This document shows, one piece after another, positions 39,102 to 52,724 of a stretch of 64,000 nt of DNA. Source of the DNA: Antedon mediterranea (Eukaryota; Animalia; Echinodermata); assembly GCF_964355755.1 (NCBI RefSeq), contig NC_092674.1:24056001-24120000 (forward strand), written 5' to 3'. The notes under the pieces were generated by a model. The model had not been told where the DNA came from, did not search any database, and worked only from the letters and a program-made list of their open reading frames with translations. Within the stretch, counting starts at the first letter, position 1, and every line of letters begins with the position of its first letter. A program made the position numbers and the translations under genes.

Positions 39102-40426
39102 GTATATAATATTTTATTCATAATACAGTATACAAGGTTTTTGGTTTAAAGCGACGTTCTACAAACTATGGACCACTTGGTAGAAAATTGTGGCTTTGGA
39201 AATTGTGGGAAAAAAAACAAACGATAATTTAGCGTTGTAAGCGCTTTTATTCTAACATGGTTTGATGTTTCTGAAAATGTTTATTCATTGTTATTATTAT
39301 TTGTGCGGCTTGTTACCCTCCAAAAAATACAATTCAATTTCCAGGGACCTAGAGGTCCATATTTCCTAAAATGTTCTTACTGTACCTCATCTCCAACCAT
39401 AGTGGATGACGGTGAGGGTACAGTAGATACGTGTTGGTGCTGGCAAGAAGATTTTAGGCCATGAAATAAAAAGTTTGTGTAACGCTGGTTTAAAGGATCA
39501 TGTCAAAAGGATTTTTTCTGTAATTGTTGTAATTAACTACATTTTTTATATTGCAATTAATCTATAGGTTATTTTTAGAGACAATATAAATAATAAACAG
39601 GTTGTACATGATTACAAACAAAATTATCGCCAAACTGATTGTAAAGCAGGTTAAAGAGTAAACGGTGTATAGTTAATACAGTAAATATAGTAAATAATTT
39701 TGACACTGATCTAAAGCATTCAATCCTTTTAAAAGATGCAACATGCAGACTGTTGCTAAGGTCTGCTTTGTTGAAGACAAATAAAATGTAACATTATCAC
39801 TATTAATAGCTACTGTAACCTAAAGATCCTTAATAACATTGACAGATTATTATTACACAAGTATAATGCAAAGTGAATATCATTTTACTTATATTCATAT
39901 CATTATCCTGACATTTTATATATTTCTGTCTCTTTTATTATTTTAAATGAATTCATGTCTCTGTACGTGAGCTATTTTATTTTAAAATATGAATCTTAAA
40001 AGTTTTATTGCTTTTTAATTAATAAATGTGACGGAACAACGCTCTGGGCCCATGGGTTTACCAGTGAGCGCTGATAGCCATTACGACACTGGCTTTACTG
40101 TATATACCCTAACCCTGTTTAAGATAGTCAGGAAAAAAATTCTGGTTTTGAACCTAAGATACTGTAAGATCCTTTTGTTTTGTATAAAGCTCTATCTACA
40201 CAAGCTAGTTTGACAAAAAAAGTGTGGTAATGATACCAAATATGGTAGTGATGACATCATCATGTCCATACTGTGTATGGGCAAATCACATTTTTTTAAA
40301 CAATAACATATACAGTAACGTTTAATAGTGTAGACAGAGCTTAGTGATCATGTCATTGTCAGCAACAAACTACATGTACAGTAATAGTGTCATCATTTCA
40401 ACCACTATCTTGTCTTTCTTTTACAG

Positions 40427-40479
40427 GTCCAAGAAATCGTGGCAAGACAGAAGAGAGCAACTGTTGTGTGCTTTTGTAA
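40427..40479 (+). CDS. UBL3: Ubiquitin-like protein 3, last coding exon with CAAX
   Basis: GPRNRGKTEESNCCVLL* vs human GQRNREKTGESNCCVIL. Acceptor TTTTACAG. Confidence 0.95.
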
Positions 40480-41741
40480 TGGTACAACCACCATATTGGG
40501 CAACTGGGAACACGGTGCATCTATCAAGATAAAGAGTGGGAATAGCACGTTACTATTGGCTTCAAGTCTACCCACAGCTTAGCTCCAAATCATCACCAAC
40601 GTCGTCACTAATTGCACCTCCTCCCATGTTTTGCTACTTTGCTTATTATTTTTAAGATATTTGTAAATAGTACCTATTTTGTCAACAATTACTTTTAAGA
40701 TATGTAAAATTTGTTCTGGATACAAAGAACACACAGTATATTATTTTTTTATTTATTTAAGGTATTGATGATGATAATATTTATTATTGATGTTTATTGA
40801 ATGTTAACTTATTTTAAGCTAGGGTTATGTCGCCCTTTGGTGATCCAATTAACAAGGTGCTTGTGAATCAAACCACAATTGCTAGACTGCGACTGGCCTA
40901 GGTACAATCTAATAAAGATTGCAGAATATTGGTCCTTATTTTTTTAAATAACATGTGAGTACAATGTATAGTACTGTAAAGAAAAAATATATTTACTGCA
41001 GTAACTGCAGTAAAATGACATTTTTAAATTATTTAAAATTAAAATAATAATTTACTTAACAACCTTGAATATATTGAAACTAAATTACAAACTAAAGATT
41101 TTGAAATTAACAGAATCTTTCTTTCAGTCACCTCTAAAAGTCTAATTATGAAACTCCAGACTAATACAGTCCACTCTCCCAATACCAGACTCTCTGAAAA
41201 CCAGAAACTCTCACAAAACCAGACTTTTCTTGTGGTTGAAAATTATACCATCAAAAACACATACGGAATAGACAGACTTTCTAGAAAACCAGACATATTA
41301 ACCCAGCTGAAGTTGGTCTGGTATTGGGAGAATTGACTGTAGTAGTACTCGCTTGTCAGTCGGCAACTATATTAGAAATCATGAGGGCGACATAACCCAC
41401 GCTGTAATCAGAGGTTGAATTATTAAACTGTAATTATGATGTTAATTTATAGAATCTTCATTTGTCTTCACATAAAGATAAATTATTTTTAAAGAGTTGA
41501 CTATGATTGGGAAGATGTACCTTATGAATAACATATAAATATGCGTAAAGAAGCGTAAGAATTTACCACCATTTTGTTTGATTATTTGCGGGAGTTTTTT
41601 CGTTGAGTCTATCCATCTGCAACTTGTTGTTTTCTATTGAACAAATCTACCATGTGTTATTTTATATATAGGCTGGTTTTTTAATTTAACATACAGTATA
41701 AAGTTCTACAACCTAATTATTTATGTATGCTTGGCCTGACT

Positions 41742-42900
41742 ATCTCTGTCTACTCTATCAAACTTGTAGCACTAACAAACAAATGTGATGTGCCCAAATA
41801 TGGTAGTGATATGCCCACATATGGTAGTTAATCATCATGTGCACATCACATTTGTTTGTCACATAAAGTTTGATAGTATAGACAAGGTTTTAAAAGCTGT
41901 CTACACTATCAAACTAGTTTGACAAAAAAAAGTGTGATGTTCCCAAATAATGGTAGTGATATGCCCAAATATGGTAGTTATATGACATCATCTTGTCCAT
42001 ATATATGGGCACATCACATTTGTTTGTCACATAAAGTTTGATAGTATAGACAAGGTTTTAAAAGCTGTCTACACTATCAAACTAGTTTGACAAAAAAAAG
42101 TGTGATGTTCCCAAATAATGGTAGTGATATGCCCAAATATGGTAGTTATATGACATCATCTTGTCCATATATATGGGCACATCACATTTGTTTGTCACAT
42201 AAAGTTTGATAGTATAGACAAGGTTTTGAAAGCTGTCTACACTATCAAACTAGTTTCACAAAAAAAAGTGTGATGTTCCCAAATAATGGTAGTGATATGC
42301 CCAAATATGGTAGTTATATGACATCATCTTGTCCATATATATGGGCACATCACATTTGTTTGTCACATAAAGTTTGATAGTATAGACAAGGTTTTAAAAG
42401 CTGTCTACACTATCAAACTAGTTTGACAAAAAAAGTGTGATGTGCCCAAATAATGGTAGTGATATGCCCAAATATGGTAGTTATATGACATCATCTTGTC
42501 CATATATATGGGCACATCACATTTGTTTGTCACATAAAGTTTGATAGTATAGACAAGGTTTTGAAAGCTGTCTACACTATCAAAGTAGTTTCACAAAAAA
42601 AAGTGTGATGTGCCCAAATAATGGTAGTGATATGCCCAAATATGGTAGTTATATGACATCATCTTGTCCATATATATGGGCACATCACATTTGTTTGTCA
42701 CATAAAGTTTGATAGTATAGACAAGGTTTTGAAAGCTGTCTACACTATCAAACTAGTTTCACAAAAAAAAGTGTGATGTGCCCAAATAATGGTAGTGATA
42801 TGCCCAAATGGTAGTTATATGACATCATCTTGTCCATATATATGGGCACATCACATTTGTTTGTCACATAAAGTTTGATAGTACAGTATAGACAAGGTTT
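41742..42900 (+). repeat. Head-to-tail array of MITE family A: one divergent copy plus six units of about 168 bp
   Basis: AAGCTGTCTACACTATCAAA recurs at about 41893, 42061, 42229, 42397, 42564 and 42732. Confidence 0.95.
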
Positions 42901-44419
42901 TAGACTAAAAAGTGTGCTTTGCACCTATGGTGGACTGAACAATATTATAATACAAATCTTTATTTATCCCCACATAGGGCAGTTGCACAACGCATTGGCA
43001 AACTACATACATAAAAACCTCATGGTTGTTCACTCGTATTTGTAAATCCTAAATTTTTACCTTGATAAAATGTTTGTATTTTTTTTGTTTTGTAAGAGAA
43101 ATGTAGGCAATTCCTAGTATGGTACTGTATGTAGCAGCATTTCTTAAGTTATGTAAAAATGTTAAGATTTTTGGTTATAATTATTGTGTTGGTCCTGCAG
43201 GCAAAATGACCATTTGAATTTAATCTGTATATAAATGTTTCCTTATTATCTGAACTTAATTACTACAGTTGACAAAAGAATGTTTGTCTTTTTCTTCCTA
43301 AATATCCAAGGGTAGCGGTCCAATATTACCAAATGTTGTATTTTTCTATTTTTAGGCCGAAATACCATAGAAGGTACAGTAGTATGGCCCTTAACTTTGC
43401 ACAAAATTGTGCTTTACTTGGCATACTTTTCTTGATGCATACAAGAGATCCTAGCTTAGTAAATTTACATGAGAAACGATAAATTACTGCAAAATGGATT
43501 GATAGCGTTATGCTGCACGGTACTTAAGTGTAGTGTAAACAATTTTTTTTTTCAATAGTTTTTATATAATTTTAATTTCTCTGTTTTGATACCGAAATCT
43601 CTACATTTTGAACATTGGTTTAAACAGGAAATTTGGGTCAAGTTGGAGGCGGATTTATACCCCAACAAGGACCAAAATGTACTCGACCCCTGGGTAGATC
43701 AAGGATTTCTGAAATGGAGGTGCATTGTTAATATAGACCCCTGACGTTTAGGGTCATCCTCCCATGCATTTTGTTATTTTTTTGCCTATTAATAGACATT
43801 AAATTCATATGGAATAAAGTCCATAATTTCACTTTGGTGGTAAAGTGCTATACTAGCATTGTCCCAGTCGGTCCGCCCTTGGTATCATGATTTATTTCCC
43901 ATAGTGGGCTTATACCCGCATTCATATGCATTATTCGTTACAGTTTACTAAGCTAGGAGCTCACGTTTGCACCAAAATTCATAACCAGTTGCAATCGGTG
44001 TCTGTCTTTTACACGATTTTTACACAAACCTTTGTGAGTTTTATGTATCTGCTGTATCAGTGCTCTGATCGATAATTATTGATAATTATCGATAAACTTT
44101 ACTGGTGACTATTTATTAACTTAAATCTATTAATTAATGTTTTTTTGTTTACTTTTTTTTGGGTGCAAATCCAGTATTTGCAAAATAGTTGCAGTAGGAA
44201 ATAAAGCTCTTTTCAAACTATAAATGCTTTTCTTAGGAAAAAATGTAAAAATAACTGTTTCACTCGAGCATTTGTAATAAAGACAAAGCAATGAGTTATA
44301 ATTTTCCACAAATGCAGCGAGTCCAGGGCAATAATATCAATATGAACATTCCACTGATTGTAGCACAACTAAAATAATGAGGTATCATTCAGTAGAGTAT
44401 CAATAATCAGTTGCATAGC

Positions 44420-44825
44420 TCTAGTAATGACAACATGGCCAGTATTGGCAACCCAAGCAGTGTGAACAGGCCTCATGCATAGCCCTAGTAATGACAACAT
44501 GGCCAGTATTGGCAACCCAAGCAGTGTGAACAGGCCTCATGTGTAGCCTAGTAATGAGAACATAATTAACAACCCAAGCAGTGTGAACAGGCCTCATGTG
44601 TAGCCTAGTAATGACAACATGGCACTATTGGCAACCCACGCAGTGTGAACAGGCCTCATGTGTAGCCTAGTAACGAGAACATAATTAACAACCCAAGCAG
44701 TGTGAACAGGCCTCATGTGTAGCCTAGTAATGACAACATGGCAGTATTGGCAACCCAAGCAGTGTGAACAGGCCTCATGTGTAGCCTAGTAATGAGAACA
44801 TAATTAACAACTTTAGTAGTGTGAA
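44420..44825 (+). repeat. About 57-63 bp minisatellite with A,A,B,A,B,A,B variant order
   Basis: Constant CAACCCAAGCAGTGTGAACAGGCCTCATG core, with two alternating variants (CATGGCCAGTATTGG vs CATAATTAA). Confidence 0.9.
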
Positions 44826-45149
44826 TACCATTAAAGCAAAACTATGGTCTGGACAGAGCTATATTTCTTAATGCTAGTTTTTGTTGTTGATTAACTGTTT
44901 TATTATTATGTTAAATTATGTACATTATCAATGTAAAGATTATGTTTATTTGTAATAAAACATTCTTCCTTGTTATCCCCCCCCCCCCCTAAAAAAAAAT
45001 ATCAGTGAATTGACTAATGAATACTGTATATCTTGATGTTTGATTAAAATATTTAAGGCATTCTCTAAAGAAATTATGTTTTATGTTGTCTGTAAAAATG
45101 TTGCTCTTATTATTATGAACTTTACAATCACTCAACTAGAGTTACAATT

Positions 45150-45700
45150 ACACTCTGGTAACTGTACTGTATTCTGCAGTAAATGTTGTACACACTGGTA
45201 AACTGTACTATACTGCGTTAACTGTACTGTATGCTGTGGTAATTGTAATACTGCAGTAACTGTACAGTATACTGTGGTTACTGTACACCCTGGTAACTTT
45301 ACTGTGTACTGCCGTAACTGTACTGTGTACTGCCACAGTAACTTACAAAATACATTGGTAACTACTGTATCCTTTGGTAACTGTAATGTGTACTGCCACA
45401 GTAACTTACAAAATACATTGGTAACTACTGTATACTTTCGTAACTGTACTGTGTACTGTGGTAACTACTGTATACTGCGGTAATTTTAATGTACACTACA
45501 GTATTTGTAAAGTATACTAACTGAGTATACCGCTGCAGTAAATTACAATATACTGTGGTAAATTTACTGTATACTGCGGTACCTGTACTGTATACTACAG
45601 TAACTGTACACTATACTGTGGTAACTTTACTGTATACCGGTAACCGTACTGTGTACTGCGGTAAATGTCCACTGCGGTAATCGTACTGGTATTTGCAGAG
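45150..45700 (+). repeat. Degenerate minisatellite of about 21 bp (TACTGYGGTAACTGTACTG)
   Basis: Recurrent GTAACT/TACTG periodicity and an internal 63-bp duplication. Confidence 0.7.
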
Positions 45701-47719
45701 AAGAGTGTTTATTTATAATATTACAGTAACTTTAGTTGAATGATCACTTATTTTATTTTGCTCATGAAGTAAGAGGACATGTAACTTGGGTGAATTCCAG
45801 GTGTTATGATTATGCATAAATTACTTAATATATTTAAATAGTTTGGAAGTGATTCTGGAAATGGTAATTAAGTAACATTTTTTAATGAATATTCATAAAG
45901 TTTGTAAAGGTCTATGAATATTAATTTATGTAAATTATAAATTACTCTATATTTTCCTTTTTAAAGGGCGGAAATTGGTGCGTAATTGCCAGTGGTATGT
46001 GTAAATATATGCAGTAGTTCGCAATCTTAATTTAAAACCTAGTGATGGTTGAGATTTTCTTTGACAATGGCAATGACATTGAAAGGTATTGTTGGTACAG
46101 TAGCTGTATGTATAATGTGTCCAGTATCATAGGAACATTCTATAATACAGTGTCACATGTGTATAATAGGCCATAACATTAACATAATACAGGCGTCACA
46201 TATGTACAGTTTTGTGTGGTTGGGAGGTTCGAAAGTTGTTATTGTTTAAGTTGCGCTACGATAATTCTATTCTTTGCTACTGAATTTGTTCACGGATATT
46301 ATGAAATTTAAATGTGAACCTACCTAACTTAAAAGACATGTTTTTGTTGTTATAAACTAGAGGTTTTCCATCAATGTTTTATTTAATAACGTTATTAAAA
46401 TATGACATAAAATATTTTTATGGATTTATCCATATTTATTCAATAACTTGAAAGAAGAAATTTAGATTTATCTGACCTCATAAAGAATTATCTTGGAAAA
46501 AATATTGAATGTATATATATTTGAGGTTTTCACTGTGTATTATAATATCTAATATCTGTAAGTGCATTCGTTAATGACGTCACATTGAGTTTACATTAAA
46601 ATGTTATGTTGGATAAAATCGACGCCTTGAACAGACATAATCTGTTGCGCGTTAAAAAGTTGATAACAATTGTATAGCTGTTAGCACGCGCGCGGCTTAT
46701 GTTTCTGTCAAAACGTTATCATTATTCATACCAGATCCAAACCGGAGAGCACAGGGATCGTTTACGACTCGCCGTTAGTTCGTTATCGGATTTAATGTGA
46801 ATTGCCCTTAAGCTATGTTTACGATGATCCATCGCGTCGTGATTGGTCAAATTACCTACTATCGCTGCGGCATAGTGGGAACCAAGCTTTATGAAACAAC
46901 GTACGCGTAACGCGTGTAGTTTGACCAACCCAGGATGCGCTGACATCCATCACGTTACGCTTCGTATTTGCGTTGCGTCAGTGAGAACCTCACGAACGAT
47001 ACAAGTTCGCCACCGTATAAAACCAATGAAATTTGCTATTGTAGGCCGAGCATGCAAAGAATACTTTTTTTTTAATAAAGAGAATTAAAAAAAACATGTT
47101 AAAAGCATTGTGATTTTACTGATGTATGATGATAGATGCTTGGTGTTTGTACAGATAATCACTGATTTAGGTTTAAGAAGTAGTTTTTTTATAATGTTTA
47201 CAATGTGTAAATGAATGTTGAAAAAATGAAGAAATATACGTATAACTGTATGGTTTATTTGGCACGTTGTTCCTCGTATACCTCTTATATTAAATTATTA
47301 TATTTGTCGAAAACCTGCAAAATACCCGTTCAACGTAGATATATACTCGTTGTAGATTTCTATCATTGTTTTTCTATCATGTCATTTTTATTATCCCTAT
47401 CATGGACGATATGGGCACATTAAGACTACATACGGGTACTTTCACAGTTGTTTGTTGAATATAATGTTTCTGTCTGGACAGACGTTTATAAATTCCTCAT
47501 CAACGTAAAGAACGAAGCAGGCAGTTTTTATTGGTTCTCACTAGGACACAGCGCAATGACGTAAGCGCAACACAAGCAACTTGACAACAAAGCGACAGCG
47601 ATAATCCATTGTTTGTGATTGTTTATGTACATGCGTTACAGTTTCGTCCTTTCGTTTCGTCCTATAATCTTAGTTCCCACTATTAGGACACAGCGCGTAA
47701 GGAAGTAAGCCGCGACACG

Positions 47720-48058
47720 ATCGAATTGACCAATCAAAAACGGTCGCTTGTGATTGGTCACTTACGTACTTGCGTTGCGTCCTAGTTGGAACCACGATTT
47801 ATGCGTGCGTACATAACAAAATACCACCAAGTGCAATGATATAAAGATTCACGTATTGTGTTAATGGCGAATTAAATTACACGGTCGAATTGACCAATCA
47901 AAAGCGACAGATTAATCGAACTGTCGCTTGTGATTGGTCACTTACGTACTTGCGTTGCGTCCTAGTTGGATCAAAGATTTATGCGTGCGTACATAACAAA
48001 ATACCACCAAGTGCAATGATATAAAGATTCACGTATTGTGTTGATGGCGAATTAAATT
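47720..48058 (+). repeat. Local tandem duplication of about 180 bp containing half of a family-B-related MITE
   Basis: TCGAATTGACCAATCAAAA...GGCGAATTAAATTA occurs twice. Confidence 0.8.
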
Positions 48059-50322
48059 AATACCAGAAATAGTAATATCTATAATTTTAATATGGAAGCC
48101 CAAGGCATTTATATAAAATACCTTGTACTGTATTTAATCTGTTTAGACTAACCGGGGACAATAACACCTTGTTTTACTGAAATATCAGTATAACTCACAC
48201 ATCAAATAGAAATGCATGATTAAAAGCTTTAAGCAATTGGTTTGATCTATTGATTAACCGACTGAATATAATGTGGCTGATTGATTATTCGATTTATCGG
48301 TCATGTATTGATTATTGATTATTTGATTGGTTAATTAATCAGTTATGAATTGATAAAGTTGTTGATTATTTAATTGATTGATTGTTTAATCAGTGATTGG
48401 TTATTAATTATAATATAATTCTTCAATCTTAAACATTTTTTTTTTATTAATCTGTTAACTTAATATTTAGGTATATGTCCTTGAAAATTTAAAATATTGA
48501 CATTGAATGTCCTTGAAATGTCCTGGAATTTTACTAGCTCACAGGTGTACGAACCCTGTTATATTGATTCTTTAATCAATAAGTATTGATTGATTGATTG
48601 ATTGATCAATCAATCGGTATACATCTTTGGTAACGGTGATTCTTCAAAAATGACATGGCTATCAGCTTCCTCTTTCGCTCCTTAATATTACAGCTTGCAA
48701 TGGCCATTTTAAGTTACCATGCATATATCTTAATTCATAAAGTAATAAAATATAATTTTTAAATAAAGCAATTACTTATCTTAATAAATTCTACTAATAT
48801 TTGTATTACCAAAAATTAACAAACAATAGGTATTTGTTAAAATATATACGTTATTAATTTAACAGTATTTAGACCTCTGTTGTAGAGTTTACTACGATTT
48901 ATATTTCTGTTTTACACCTTGATAATAAAACAGCAAATGCAAAATAAATAATTGATAAATAATAATTTATAAAGTTAATGTAATTAAAAGAATAAATTAT
49001 ACTTCTATATGGACCGTTGTTAGATGACTTTCTCCCAACCGGGTACCATTCACCTTATAACTGAGTAATCTTTATGTACCACTAAAGATTTCCAGTTTAA
49101 GCGTTGTTTCCACTTGGACGCAACGCCAAGATGTAAGCCACGCCAGCGAATTTACCAATCAATCAATCAAGTTCCAATAACCCATCGCTTTTGATTGGTC
49201 AATTCGCTTGTATTGCGGCCTACTACGTCCTTGCGTTGCGTCCTACCATGGAGAAAACTTATTTCTCCATAGTCCTACACTGAGACCAAGGACGATGACG
49301 CAACGCAGGGACATACGCGACAGGATGATCCGTAACTTGTGATTGGTCAAATTGTGTACGTCTCTGCGCTGCATTCTAAGCATACATCTCACGTCGGTTC
49401 AAAATGGGTAAACACCTGTGTAAATGTCTTGGATATTATACTTTATATACATGTGTTATATAATTATTTAACGAATACTGTAACAATTGTCTCCCCTATT
49501 ATTAACCCCTATCCCTTACTATTAGATTTTTAATAATATAAAAAATGGTATATTGTATAACACTTTGTATTGTAATAGTTCTTTTACGCTTTTGTGATTC
49601 TTTTTGTTTTGTTTTTATGTATTCTTGATACGAGCGAATCGTAATTCTAATCCAATTTCTCAATGTCTTAACTATTAAAAGAATTTAAATTAATGATGAA
49701 GACAACTAAATCTAAATCCGTAAAATATATCATTACAAATTGTGTTATTTTTTTGTTAAATTGTAAGTAGTTGTTGATATAAGAAACTATGTAAGGTTAG
49801 GCCTAGTATGTTGCTACAAGTTTAGGCAGTGTGTTTCAACGTATACTGCAAAAGTGTACTCAAACGAATTAAAGAAAAAATCGACATTGCAGCGATAAAT
49901 ACATTGATACCTCCATTTTACGAACTACGCCCTTCTATAAATAATTGCATTAATTTAGAGAAATCAAATTCTCATTAACTGTTCATACAATTGAGGTTTT
50001 AAGGAACATTAATGTGTAATCTTTATACAGAAATTCCTGATGATTCTAATACAACTTTATTACTTTGTTTATGAAACAGTTCTGTGTGACCATTTCACCC
50101 GTATTTGCACTATGAAATAAATCTACAAAACCACTTGTTTTAAAAGAATTATTTTGATTGGTTGTTGTGCATGACCATTGATTATTGTGTGTGTGAAAAG
50201 GAGCTTAGGTTCTGTTAATATATTTTTGTTATGAGATACTTCTGTAACCGTTTGAATGTTATTGTTCTTTTCTCCAAATAAAATATAAATCTGCCTTGTA
50301 TAAGTATTTTGTCTTGTTTTGT

Positions 50323-50635
50323 AGTTGTAGACAATATTAAAATACCCGATAACAGTCTCCGTCCATGGGATACAAAGTGACCGTTCCTTTATAAATCTTG
50401 TCGTTTACCAAATCCTTGCCAATACATCGGTTGACAACAAAAATGTGATCCACAGATGGTAACATATTTGCAGTTGTAGACAAAATTAAAATACAGATTC
50501 TATATAGTACGTTCAGTCCATAGGATACAAAATGGCCGTTTCTCTATATATCTTGTCGTTTTCCAACATTACCTTGCCAATACATCGGTTGATTGAAAAC
50601 AAACATGTGATCCACAGATGGTACAACATATTTGC
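50323..50635 (+). repeat. Diverged tandem duplication of about 150 bp
   Basis: AGTTGTAGACAA...CCTTGCCAATACATCGGTTGA...GTGATCCACAGATGGTA occurs twice. Confidence 0.75.
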
Positions 50636-50943
50636 ATATATTAACGAATGATCCAATCAATATTCATCGTATTTGAATGACGGTGTGTGGTAACCTGTGA
50701 AATCGAGTGGTCATTCTTAACTTGAACGCGCGATGTCCATCAGCAGAACGTGGTTTGCAGTAGGTAGGTATTAGAACATAATTTTGTACATTTTAAATGA
50801 ATTATATTAAACGAATTAGTCTACTGTTTAATGTTAATAAATAACTTGTTGTTTGGTCTACGTTTGTTGTTGCGTTTTAAAACCACCGCTGAAACTACAT
50901 TGTTCCACTGCTATTGAATCTCGAATATTATTTATAAACCTAA

Positions 50944-51150
50944 AGCTTGGTTCCCACTAGAACGTAACGCAAGGACGTAAACGCAACGCAAGCGTTTTAA
51001 AGCTTGGTTCCCACTAGAACGTGACGCAAGGACGTAAACGCAATGCAGGCGTTTTAACCAATCTCAAGCGAATAAGCCATCGCTTGTGATTGGTCAATTC
51101 ACTTGCGTTGCGTTACGTCCTTGTGTTGCGTCGCTAGTGGGAACCACGCT
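50944..51150 (+). mobile_element. MITE family B with a duplicated left end
   Basis: Left TIR at 50944 and again at 51001; the right TIR ends at 51150. Confidence 0.85.
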
Positions 51151-52724
51151 TTAACGATCTTTTTTTTTTCAAATTCGTTTGGAAAGAGTCCATATGAAGA
51201 GATAATCATATTACAAAGGCCTACAATAAATAGTTGAATCAGAGATTTGACTATACAGAAAGGAGTGTTACAATGTCTGCAGCAAACAATGTAGTAGTAG
51301 GCCTACGGTATGAAAAGAGATTATTATGCATTAGTAGTTGGGTCTAATTACTCGTGTTTCCTCACATTCAGGAAACTCCAGAGGAAAATGGAGCTCGAAG
51401 ATGACATTTTTTATCCGAAGTTAATTATCTTTTACTTTATTTTTTAGGTGTCTTGTTGGGCCATGATACATTATTATTATATTAAACAAACAGAAATTCT
51501 AAATAAACATTTGAAAACACCACTCACTGCAAACCCAAGCTAATCCATGTTCACGTTTTTAGCTTTGGGATCTCATCATTGCTTTCTTTGGATATATATT
51601 TTTGATATCAAGATTTTTGCTTTGGGTTTTTCTTTTTGATATTTGGATTTTTGTTTTTGATATCAAGATTTTTGCTATCAAGATTTTTGCTTTGGATTTA
51701 ACGTTTGTCACCAAACACAGTAAGAGCTAACATGGAACTGAAAAAATAATATAGAAATAATTATATTAATTTTTTGGTTCAAATATTAACATACTAATAA
51801 CAGGAGAAGAGATAAAAGATGTCACCGCCATTTTGTTTTCAGTTTATAGAATTATTCTTCCCTGGTTGTATCATGCACACTATTACTATTTATATTGAGA
51901 TTATGTTATATTTCCTTAATGCAATCCTAGAACGATAAGAGGTGGTATTTAATATTACGTAATATGTGCAGCCAACTTTTTGGTTATTAATTTAGCATGC
52001 AATCAAGAACAATTAAGATGTAATTAAGACACTTGTTGCAGCTGTACACTATATTATAAGTAGGTTTTGGTCATTTGCCGTACATGCTTTTTTACTCCAG
52101 TACTAACACATTCGTTTTACAGGTGATCTGAAAGTACTGCACATGGTTAAGTGCATTATCAAACCACACTGTACTATAGATTAATACAAACAGCATCATG
52201 CCACATAACATTGTAGGTGACAAGCTGACAATAATAGGGGATTACTCTTCCCTGCAATAGCCACATCAGAAACACTGTTTAGTTAAATTGGCCTTAAGTC
52301 ATCACCAACCATCATCATAATAATACATTATACAATTGTAAGCTACGTTGTTGTACATCGCTTAATTTTATATTATTGTATTATTGTATTATTCTAACAC
52401 AACGTATGCATGATACAACCGCCAGTGTGCAATTTAGTATCCCGATGCGCACTGGTTATTATTAAGGTTGGTGCGCATGGTATTTCTACGCGCTAACGTT
52501 AAGTACGATATGGCGCACTTGGCGTTAACGTGTGGACATTCCTGTGTGCATCATCCCATTCCCCCAATGGATTGGATCAACCCAAGGTAGGTTAATACTA
52601 ACGCATCAAGACTCAAGAGGCATAAAACAAAGTAAGTTCTCCTGATCGCGTAGTTCGCTACCGTGTAGTTCACCCTATCGCGTAGTCAGGATTTAAAACG
52701 AGGTTTAGATTAGGTGCATAAGTA

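Noticed and set aside
44420-44825. CRISPR-like repeat/spacer appearance (also considered for the 36878 and 52725 arrays)
   Set aside because: The spacers are not unique, there are no cas genes, and the context is eukaryotic with spliced genes.
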